From Vitrella brassicaformis CCMP3155 (Eukaryota > Protista > Chromerida), in NCBI GenBank assembly GCA_001179505.1, contig CDMY01000098.1, positions 124,001 through 188,000 on the forward strand: a stretch of DNA of 64,000 nucleotides, given 5' to 3'. Every line of letters begins with the position of its first letter. The first letter of the stretch is position 1. Shown here in pieces: positions 49,800 through 61,081 of the stretch. A program made the translations under genes and the position numbers. Below the pieces are notes generated by a model. That model did no database searches, was not told the DNA's origin, and saw only the letters and a list, made by a program, of their open reading frames with translations.

Positions 49800-50201
49800 C
49801 GCCAGCCAGGGTGGACAGACAAGTGGATAGACCATATGGTTTGGTGTGTGGACTGACGGACGATTGATCGCATGTGTGTGTGATGTCAAAATTTCGATGC
49901 AATGTATTGCAATGGTCTGCATCATGATGTACTCAGATTCGTCCACAGTCCACCCCTAATCCACCTAATCCATCCATCCATCCACCCATCACCATAAATA
50001 CATCACCCCAATGTGCCTAGGCCACAGAACGCATAGATCCACCCGCCCCGCCCCGCCAGCGGCACACAGACACACACACTCACACTCACAAACACACTTG
50101 TACAGAAAAAGGGCGTCGATGCACTGAGTGCATCGCGCCCACCCGTCCACCGCATCATGTGATCGTCAGACACATCCTCCCTCTCCATTCGTCAAGCCAC
50201 G

Positions 50202-51485
50202 TTAGACAGTTGCGAGGGCTCTCTGGAAGTACTGGTTCTTGAGCATGCCTGCACACACACACACACACACACACAGGTGTGAATCTAATCTCACACTCCA
50301 TCCCTCTCCCTCTGCTGTGCAGTGCAGTGCAGTGCTCACCCTTGTACATCTCCACGAATTGTTCCTTCTTGCCCATGGTCTCTTGCACACTCTTGACCGT
50401 CAGCATCTTCTTGTACCACGCCAGAAAGGCCCGGGACCCCTTCAGCAGCTCCTCCCAGCCAACCTTCTTGAAGGCCCCGTGTGTGGCCGCCGCACGCTCC
50501 ACAAACGGGAAAAGGGCGATGTCGGCCAACGTCATCTTGTCGCCGACGAACCAGCTCGACTTGGAGGCGTTGGCCTTGAGCATCATCTCGAGGAAGGCGA
50601 TCTCATCCATCAGTTTCTGCTTGAGCATTGCCTCTTTCTTGGGCTTGTTGCAGCTGAGGTAGAGGTAGAAGGCCTTGACGAAGGCGTCGACTCGCTGCAT
50701 GACGATGCGCATCCTGGCCCGCTGCTGCAGGTCTGCCGGCATGAGAGAGCTGCAACCAACACAGACCCGGTGCATTCAAACATGCACGCACTCACGCGCA
50801 CATTGTGTGGTCACTGTGGTGTCACATTTCACCTCTGGAATGTCTCAGCGAGGTACTCGTTGCACACATTCGACTCGTATACGACATCATCGAAGTACTG
50901 GACCACAGGCACCTTGCCTGCAACACACACAGACACACATGCACACACACAGACACATAGAGAGCGCCGGACAGGACGTATGCGTGTGGCCACATCGCCC
51001 CTTTCGCGCACGCACCATTTGGGTTCATCTGTTTGAACCATGCCTCCTTGTTGTCCTTGCCAAGCACCACATCCTTGTGCTCGTACCTGAGGGAGGAGCA
51101 AAGGCAAACCACATCTATCCACACTCACACACATGCAGCCAGCAATCACGCTTACGGCACGCCGAGCTCCTTGAGCACTATCCACGTTCTCTGCGCATAC
51201 GGACACCCTGCACACACACACACATCCATCCATCCATCCATTCACAGACCTCCCCAGGCACCATCAGATAGATCTGTTACGTCCGTTCGTGTAGAACTTG
51301 AGCTGCGGCAGGCTCTTCAGCTCTCGCTGGTCACTGTTGCTCTCCACCGCAGCTGCAGGGGCAGGGGCAGCCACGGTTGCTGGCGGTTTCAACGCCGCTG
51401 CTGCTGGCTGAGAGCGCCTTCCGATGGCGTCGCAAGCTATGATGAGCACGGAAATGACCACCAATGAAGCAAACCCACCCATCAT
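50202..51485 (-). CDS. Omega-like (Cys-type) glutathione S-transferase with N-terminal signal sequence
   Basis: FYTNGR|CPYAQRTWIVLKELGVP|YEHKDV..WFKQMNPN|GKVPV..VYESNVCNEYL; GST_C WFVGDKMTLADIALFPFVER; hydrophobic N-terminus MMGGFASLVVISVLIIACDAIG. Confidence 0.92.
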
Positions 51486-51637
51486 CTTGCTTGGACGTGA
51501 GAAAAGAGAAGCAAAGATGGAAAAGTGCTCAGCGCGCAGATTGGCGATCGGTGTCGGGAATGGGTCATTTCCTTCTCCCGTTGCCGATGCTCTCCGTCCT
51601 GCCTGTGTGATCCTCAGTGTATGTGCAGCAGCCGCAT

Positions 51638-54600
51638 ATGGTCTATTCATCGGTCTTCTTCATCGCCCTCTTTTTCTCGGCTGCGGGATCTTCACTCCTT
51701 GAACGCATTCTGCAGCCTCTCAATGAGACGGATCCATCCAGTGCCACCGAGCTGTGTCCACTCGGGTACAGACGAGTGGATTCCGAGTGTGAGCCTTGCG
51801 CGCGAGGTATGGCACACAGACAGACACAGCACCAGACAGGGCACACATCAGCGCACGTGGCATGCGTGTCCGTGCAGGGTCGTTCAAGAGCGAGCTCGGA
51901 CCGGGCCCCTGCACTCCCTGCCGCAATGAGAAATTCACTTCCCTTCCCGGCTCAGTTTCGGAGGCAGACTGCTTCTGCAATCCAGGATACATCACGTACG
52001 CAATCCAGCTTCCCCCTCCCCCGTCTATGCAGACACACCTCTCTCTTCCTCTGTGCAGGAATCGCAACGACAGTCAGTGCTACGAGTGTGAAGGGGGTCT
52101 CGACTGCTCGGAGCCCTTCCCGTTCCACCCCCGCGTGGAGCCTGGCTACTACCAGCTTGAGGTCACTCTCTCCATCCTTCCTGAACACGTCCATCAAGAT
52201 GAGCATGAGCAGGATCGCGATGTGAGGACGCAGCGATGGGAGTGGAATGCTAGCCATTACATTGCGCTGCCGAAGCTCGCTGAACTAGGAAGGCCGGTCG
52301 GCAACGATACCTACACACGAAAAATGACCTCGTAAGCACACGACGCCAAAAGCGCAGCTAACAGGACAGCCACGGGAGTGGAGGGCAGTCACTTGTGGCG
52401 TCATGTGTGTGCCGACATATATAGGTATGATGCGGGTATCACGGCGTTGCCCGTTGTTGTGGAGTGTCTTGCGCGCGATGCCTGTCTGGGGACCGATCCT
52501 GACACAGGACTCAATTTGTGCAAGGTAGGTATGGTAGGTATGGGTATGTCGAGCGATGCCTACACGTGTTGCTGTTGGTTGGTGTGTATGCGTGCGCTGC
52601 AGAAGGGTCAGCATGGTTTTCTGTGCGGTGCCTGTGAGGGTCACTATACGCGTACAAGCCCATTCTATTCATGCGCCACGTGCAACACTTATGCTCAGAG
52701 CATGGCCGCAATAGTCGTCGCGAACTTCGTGGCCCTCGGCTTCATATTCGGCTTGACGTTTCTCTCGCAACGGTGAGATGAATGAGTGGCAGGCTGTGTG
52801 CGTGAAGCGAGCCCTTTCCGTGTAGCACTGCTGCGCTCCCCCGTGCGCGCATTCACTCGATGCTAATCAAGATGGGACTCGTTCATCTTACAGCGGTACA
52901 AGGAGAAAATGGCGAAACACATGAGTCTCTCCCTTTTGTGTCATTCTCTGCCTTTACTCAGATGAATTGCCTGGCACAATTCGGAATCTACACTGCCGAT
53001 ATACAGTGGCCCACATGGGCGGCAGCCACGCTCGCAAATCTGTTTACATGGGACGGGGGCCTGCCGGCAGCGTACGGCGACTGGGAGTGCCTCTTTCGAC
53101 CTCGCTTTGGTGAAAATGCCTTGCTATGGCGGCACGCATTATGGGTCATCTGGCCGGCAGTCTGGCTACTCGCTGTTACCATGACAGGTTTGTGGACATA
53201 TCACAGACAATGCGTGAAGTACAAGTGGACAGCGCCCTTTGTGTACCTAATGTGTGTATCGCAGGGGGCATTGGTATTCTTGTTCGTTACTGTCTGTTGC
53301 TGCTGCCGACTTGGCGTGGCAAACATTCATCGTACAGGTAAGAATATGTGAGCATGAGTGCGCATGAGATACAGTGTATACAGTGTATATAATCATGTGA
53401 CGAACGGTATTCTATCCGTCTCTCCCTTTGCACCTGATCGGTGGAAGCGCTACTACAACCGCTACCACTCCAAAGTGTCCCTCCATCCACAAGGACAAGC
53501 AAGGGCATGAATCAGCTGCTGACCATCGTCGATATGAGTCCAAGCCATCGGTATCGACGGCCCCATCCCTGTCCAAAAGTGAGAATGTCCCTTCGAGCAG
53601 CGACCAACCGCTCCTCAACCGCAGCACAGATAACGCAGTGAATAGCGGGATGGACAAAGATGGCAATATAGTGGTGGCTCTTTCGATGCCTCACGAGGAG
53701 ACAAAGAGGAGAGCAGTGCGCACAATTGGAGCGCTAGGCATATTCCAGGTACTACTACAATGGCTGCCCATTCGTTGAACGAATCATTTTATGCAGATAA
53801 GTGCTAATATGGGTTTGTGGCGCTCGATATTTTTGTTCCTGGGACAATGTTGGCTCTTGTGGATTGTCACGTGGACATTCGCACACCCCAGTATGTATGA
53901 AGTCGATGCACATAGACGATTGAAAGCGATCTCCTTGTCTGCATTGTGTTTCTTAGCTGTTACAAGGAACACTCTTGAATTACTACGGTGAGGGACTATG
54001 CGTTGGACTGTACCTTTCTTGTGCATATTTTGTGTTGTCTCCTGTAGATGTCATACGGCTCCGTGGCTGAAGCCCGAATATACGACCAACACAAAATACG
54101 TCGCCATGGACGTTCTTGCTTTCGCAAAGCGAAGACTTGCCATCAATCCCAATATCATCTGTTTGTAAGGATCACTTCATCACACTCATCACGTGGCTCG
54201 GCTAGCTATTGTCTCTCTTTAATGCATGTCTTACAGCGAGAAAGAGCATAAGCTTTTTGGGCTTGTTGGTCTTGTGGGATTTCTTGGTTGGTCCGTTTTT
54301 CCGGTGTTTGTACTAATAACGGTTCTGTGCCGAGAACGATCGCGTTTCCGATTGCCGGAAACCAGACAACGATTCGGCTTTCTGTACAATGTAAGATGAC
54401 GGCGTGTGACGGCGTATGTGTATGCACTCAGTATTCTAGAGACTCCTTTTCTTTGTCTCTCTGTGTGTGTGCCAGGGGTAAGGGATAAATCTATATTTCG
54501 GACGCCACATGATTTTAATCTTTCTTCTCCCTTTAGCTACCGTCCCGGCTTCTTTTTCTGGGATGCAGCTTATGCGCTGCACCGAGTGGCGGTCTTATTG

Positions 54601-56863
54601 ATAGCGCAGACGGTGGTAGGTGATCCCTCCTTTCAGCTGCTGGCGTGGGCTGTGGTGGCCATCGGTTCACTCATTGTCCAGCTCACCGTGCGCCCCTTCG
54701 ATCATCGCAAGTTGAACATCCTCAATCGAATGGAAGAGCAGGGGTAAGTGCATGTGATGCGGCGGACTTCTCTTACAGCTCTCATGTGTCATCGATTGGT
54801 TGCTCTGTTTTGTTCCAGTCTGGTTATATGGACAGCATCTATTGTTCTGATGGAAGTGGTCGTCATCATTAATTGGAGCCGCACACTCAACGCCCTCATA
54901 GTCATTATTGTGGCCGCACTCAACATTGTCCACTACATCAACATACTTTTGCTTGTTGTCCCTCAATTCCGACGCTCACTGGTATATGCGGCATACCAGT
55001 ATGCTTACGGTGGTAAGACAGGAGATCTGATGAAGAAAAAGGAGATGCATCAAGATGTGTCTATCGCATGCATGCGTGTAGCCGTTGATGGCGTTCTCTG
55101 CTGTCGTGCTGGCATTATTTACCTACTGTTGAAGTGGCCGTGGACGTATCTAATTGGCAGAGACGCGAAGTGTCGCGAAGGTGTGCCGAGGGTGTTTATC
55201 AACTATACCACCGGATACCTTGACCTCCGCCAGGGCCGCAACAGAATGAACACACGCACGTAATACCATACGTAGAGACAGAGATCCGCTACACAAACAC
55301 TCGGATGCCTACCTTATATTACTCTTTTCACTTTTGTGGTAGAATATCGTGTTGCCCTCTGAGCGTTGAGGCGATGCTGAAGAGTCTCTCACTAGGCGGC
55401 AGGGCCGCTGAAGTGGGAGTAGGAGTAGGAGTCATGCGGATGACTGCACATGCCATGCAGGATGCCATTGAGCTACTGCAGATACACGAAATACCCCCAG
55501 GTAGGTATGGAGGGTAGAAAATCGAAGGAAGCTAGGTTTCTTCTTTCTCTGGCTGTAGATCTGTCAGAGTTCTTTTGGAGCCAGGCTTTTTTGTTCCACG
55601 CATTGCGTATGAAAATCGTGAAGGACCGAGAGGACCCTACAAGTGAGTGAGCTAGAATACGCAAGTAAAAGGGTGAGAGTCATCTCTTCTGTTTACAGAG
55701 GACCGAATGATTGTCATGCCACACCCTATCGAGGACAGCAAACAAGTAACGGACTTCCACAGACACGAAGAAGCCCACGCAAGTGACCAAATGTATCTCA
55801 CGTGTTTCGCTTTTCTATAGGGTTTCCGTCAGATGAGCATTGAAGAGACGTCTCAGGCGATGAAAGAGGAGGCGGTCAAACAGGCCTCTCTGCTCCTCCA
55901 GGTCAAGGCAGCCAAGGCAGCAGAGAGCCATGGAGAACGCTCATTGCACAATGCCGGCCGAATTGTATCTCCCGTCGACCTCCCCGATGGATCGACGGAC
56001 AGCACAGCCTACCAGGCGGCAGCCGAAGGGCAGTGCAGAACAAGGTCAGGCATGGGCTTGAAACAACGCATGTCAGTTGTTGGTTATCTGCATGTATGAA
56101 CAATGGTAGGCCCATTATTGTTGGCGTCCCGCTTGATGACTTCGAGGCAAGCAAACAGAATGAGGCGCCTCTTAGGGATGAATGGCTCCTTGCCTTCTTC
56201 CCTTTTAGTTGAATCTATCTTATGTGGTTGACGAGCTCGTCACTCGGCAGCAGCAGCACGAGGAGACACTGCGGGGCCAAAGATTGCTCGCCACGACGGA
56301 GGGGGTCGCCAGAGAAGACGATGGGAAGCCGGGCGGCTGGATGGGCCTCTACTTGGCCTTCAGACAGGCCAAACAGAAACTGATCCAAACTGGAACTGAC
56401 CCGGTGATAGACACACAATGCGATCGCGTTGAAAGACCGATGCACTCTTGTCATCTGTTCGTCTTCTCTTGGCGTGTAGGAGGATGTGCCTGCTGCATTG
56501 GCCACTTATGCGTCTCAGAAGGACTACATCCCCCTCTCCTCCCCTCATGACGTGTCCCAGCCTCGACCATCGGCCTCCAACGCCAGCATCACATCTGAGG
56601 GCTCGCCATCGATGCCCCGCTGCTCGTCTCCCTCGATGCAACACCACCCCTTCTCCAGCATGCGACTGCAGGCCATCCCTCAGCCATCTGACGATATTGG
56701 ATCGGGCCGGCAGAGAGGCAGCCCTCCGAGAACATCCAGCAGTATGTTCGAGTCGAGGGACTTTAAGAATTTCGCAGAGGCCGTCTATCGCGACATCGCA
56801 GGGCCCGTTACGATCCGCAGGACGATAAGGCGAAGCAAGAGCAAGCCGAACTGGGGTGACTGA
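51638..56863 (+). CDS. Cys-rich (GCC2_GCC3/ephrin-receptor-like) ectodomain + multi-pass membrane protein with long C-terminal tail
   Basis: Signal MVYSSVFFIALFFSAAG; CPLGY..CEPCARG|SFK..CTPC..TSLPGS..DCFCNPGY; CGACEGHY; TM block (QMNCLAQF, WPTW, RFGFLYNGYRPGFFFWD, LIVQLTVRPF..LNRME). One acceptor near 53420 is unresolved. Confidence 0.8.
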
Positions 56864-58030
56864 CTTCATTGCTCTTCGTCTCTGTGTGTGTTTTTCGCTT
56901 TTGTGTGACGGTCGGTTGGTTTATTCACAGCCAGAGGCGATACGTGGACACATGCGTATATGGAAGTCGGTGTCTTGATCGGCAGCTACATGCATGTGGC
57001 GCGATTGTCGCGCCCAATGTGTGGATGTTGCCGTGTGTGTGTATTTTTATGCGGCCATGGCGCACCAGCCGTATTGGCCGAATAGTGGCCTTTTTTTCTT
57101 CCCATTTGTGCATCACTTGCATGTGTTTGGTCGACCGACTGTGGTACTTACAGCCGCAAGACGATGAGGTATGTTGTTCGCGCCATACGTGCCTTCATTG
57201 CGAACACCGTGACAAACAACGGTCTTCATCACAGCACGCAGAAGTCCAAACCACGAAGCTTGCAGCGACACTGAGATCTGTCGCCGTTCTCACGTATGCG
57301 CCCGTCGACAGAGGGGCAGTCGACATGGGCACACGCAGAGACCGGCAACAAATCCAAGAGGACCACGAGACAAGGCTGCACAGACGGCATGGACACACAC
57401 AGACGTGGCGTACCAAACCAAAAGGAAACGAACGAAGCCATACGAAGCCATCAATGCATTGCAAGCACAATGACAGACAGACAGACAGCCAGTCAGTCAA
57501 CCGATCTTACGTACGTGCCATGAATGCAATGAACGCATCTCTGTCTGTCTGTCTGTCTGGTCTGCTCGTACTCTGCTGTCCTGTCCTGTGTGCACACGTG
57601 TGTGTGCTGTGTGTGATATCATCCCTTTCCGTCCGCTGCGATGCCCTGTGTGTGTTCGCTCCAAGAAAGTGTTGCATCCGTCAAGTCAATGAATGGCTCG
57701 CAGACACACACACACACACACAAAGACAAACAAACAGCCAGCCAGCCAGACACACGGAACAAGCAGAGACAGACAGACAGACCAACCTCTCTCCCTCTCC
57801 CTCTCCCCTCCCCTTCCCGATGGATGTGATAGGATGGCTGCCCCTCCCTCCGCTTATGCTATGCACACACCCGAGATGACGTTAGTGGATGGATGGATGC
57901 ATGGATGAATGTGTCGACAGGTGGCTCGATAATGGCACCTGACAGACACAGCGCACACAAACACCCCCCACACACCACCAATACACACCTGCGGGATGAC
58001 ACTGGTGGTGGTACTGACCTTTCGCGATAT

Positions 58031-60632
58031 CTACGATAGGCCTGACGGCTCGCTGCCGGTGCTGTCCTCCACCATGCTGCCAAGCGACGCAGAGGCCTGC
58101 TCTGGCACAGCAGCAGCCACGTTCGCAGCTTCAGCGGCCACGTGGGCAGCGACAGCGGCAGCTATGTGCTCGTCCTCGACAGCGGACTCGGACAACACCA
58201 TCTCCAGAGCCTCTGCATTGCCCGACACATCAGCCACGACAGCACCACCACCACCACCCCCACCAGTGGCAGCAGCGTGAGCAGCAGCGACGAGGTGAAA
58301 TGGGCATGGTGGCGATCTGAGAACAATGCATCAATAGTCGGCGCAGCACACACACACACAACCAGAAAAGAGGTTTCTTTCGTGCCGTGTTCACTCTGTC
58401 TGTCTGTCTGTCTGCATGTGTTCCCCTCCCCAGCCACTCACGGTGATGCATCGAGGTCCGGCAGGGCCAGCGATGGCATCCCCGAACTATTTATCCCGAT
58501 CCATCTATCCAGCCATCCACCCACCAATGCGCAAACAACACATCACATAACATCACATCCGCCATGCCGAGGCCGTGCTGTCTTGTGTTGTGTTGTGTTG
58601 TCCACTCACAATTGGTCGTCCGCCGCAGCCGGCACCTCAGGCGACCCCTCAGACGGCTCCACATGTGTGGAGCCGTACTCTGGCTCCGGCCCCTCCTCTC
58701 CTTCGGGCGGTATGTACGGCGCCCACGGCAGCGGAATGGCAGGTGCCTGGGGAGGCGGCACCCACGGCAATGGGATGGCCGGGGCCTGGGGCGGCGGCGC
58801 GTAGGGCAGGGGAATGGCCTGGTTCGGGTTGGCTGGGAGGGGGGCCGTGGGGGGCGGCTGTGGCGGTGGTGGCGCTGGGGCTGGTCCGGGAGGGACTGGC
58901 TGGGGAGGAGCGCCAAATGCCGCGCCATACCCCGGAATGCCATCCATAGTGTCGGGATCGACCCACCAGTCACCTCCCTCCCCTCCGAAAAAACCCCACA
59001 TGTCGTCCAAACTGCAACCAAGCGCACACACACACACACACACATACATCCATCCATCCACCGTCGCATCCCTGTGCTCGTGTCACCTGTTTTCCGATAC
59101 ATCATCCGGCCAGAAAGCGCCGCCGAAGGGCACCCCCCCGCCAGGGGGCGATGGGTGAGGCGTGGGCGGCCGGTACGGCGGCATGCCCTCATAGAAATAC
59201 GGCCTACACCAGCCAGCCACACACAACACAGATTAAAACACAGGTGCGTGGTTGTGTGCTTGTGTGTCTTGTCTGTCTTGTGGGGCTGTTGCTGCTGCTG
59301 CTGGTGCTGGTGCTGCTGGTCTTTGTTTGTTTACATCTTGCAGACGTCGCATTTCTTGGCGACGCTGCTGCGCGAGCTACGGCCTGAGAGCAAACAACAC
59401 GCACAGAGGCATCCACGAATGGATAAGTAGAGCACCCCCCGGTGTCATTGTGCATTGACGTACCGGGCGCCGGAGTCTTGATCCACTGTTCTAGGCACTT
59501 GGTGTGGACCCACTTGATGCTACCCTTACACCCACACGGTGCCACCAGCGGCCCGTCATCCGCGGCATCGGGGTCGTCCTGACACACACACACACACACA
59601 CACACACGATGGATGCCACCCACAATGATAATCGCTTCCTTCCAACGTACGTACCTCCGAGAGGCGACAGAAGCGGCAGGTCCTCTCCTCTTTCTCCAGC
59701 TCTCTCTCCCCCTCTACCTCCCCATCTCCCTCCCCCTCTCCCTCCCTAGTATCGGCCGTCTCGGTCACCTTGGCCATCCCATCCCGCCCACCCCTGGATC
59801 CGCCCAGCCGCAGACCGCCAAATGCCGCATGGAACAACCCACCCAAACCACCACCCTGCTGCTTCGACTGCTGCTTCTTGCTGGTGGCCGTGTTTGGCGG
59901 CGAGGGCGGCCATAGCCCCGGACACGGCGCCATCGTCGGAGGGTGCGATGGTTTGCTGCCTGGTGCAGGTGCCGGTGCTGGCGATGGCCCCTTGAAGGAC
60001 GTCGAGCAGTGCGGCCCCGGCGCGTATGACTCGGGCGTCGGTGGGCTGCCTAGTGCAGGTGCCGGTGCTGGCGATGGCAATGGGTTGGGCGATGGCCCCT
60101 TGAAGGTGGACGAGTGCGGCCCCATCGACGGGTATGGCGGGACGAATGGCGGGCAGGGGGGCGGGGGAGGGTACCTGGGCGGGGGCAGGCCATGCGGATG
60201 GGAGTGGGGATTGAACTTCTGGGTGTACGGCAGGGGCTGGCTGGACGGAGCCGCCTGGTCAGGATGGGTTGCGTACTTGTTGGGGTACGGCACGCCCTTG
60301 GGTGGTGGTGCTGGCATCGTCGGCTGCATCCCGTGCTGCTGGTAGAGGGCGTGGAGGAAGGGCGAAGGGGCAGCGGGGGGAGGGCCATTGGGCATCATCT
60401 TCTGCGCCTTCATTTTGGGCGACACGGGGGGAGGGAAGGCCGTCGGCGCCGGCTTCTCCTGGGCCACCTGAGGCTCGAGTGTGGCGCCGTAGCCATGCAT
60501 GTGGTGGGGGTAGAAGTAGAGAGGGTCACCATAGCCGTAGCTATGGTGATGGTGATGAAGATGGTGCGAAGAGGGCGGTCCGCGAGGCAGCGGTCTGCTG
60601 GGCGCCCCCGGATTGTACAGCGGCGGACGCAT
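58031..60632 (-). CDS. RING-CH (RINGv, MARCH-type) E3 ubiquitin ligase in a Pro-rich disordered scaffold
   Basis: TCRFCRLSE|DDPD..LVAPCGCKGSIKWVHTKCLEQWI..|..KKCDVCK = C4HC3 RINGv; junction phases give a continuous ORF to the stop at 58031. Confidence 0.85.
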
Positions 60633-61081
60633 AGTATCGCAACAACTGCACACACACACACACACACACATTTCTGCAACTGGCAGTGGGGATGCATGCA
60701 TTCCTCTCTCCATCAATGCGTTCTCTCACCTCGACAACCAAACCGGGAGGGCTCCTTATCCCTCACTGACACATTAGTGCGCTGAACAAGCTCCTCGCCG
60801 TCCCAGGAGGACTGGCTCGTCCGGTCTCGGTCACTTACTCACAGTTGGCCGCTCGAGAGGACGGCGGCTCATTAGATGATGAGTCCTCAACGCCGCCTGC
60901 CCTCTGCCGTCCTCCACAAAGCGCCGAAAAAAGGTCTCCAAGTTCCAAGGGTTTCTCAGGGTTTTAGGGTCCAGGATTCCGAGGATGAAGGAAACGGCCG
61001 AAGCCGGCACCAGCTAGACGCCAACCTACACCAGGACGGAGGGAAAGATCTCATTCATGAACGGTGATTGATGGCGGATTG

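Noticed and set aside
57150-57175. Isolated 15-nt exon-like cassette (ttacag|ccgcaagacgatgag|gtatgt)
   Set aside because: No gene model connects to it; it may be a UTR exon or chance.
59120-59150. Apparent frameshift at the G7 run in the RING-CH gene
   Set aside because: Recounting gives ggc ggg ggg gtg ccc (GGGVP), in frame with the next exon.
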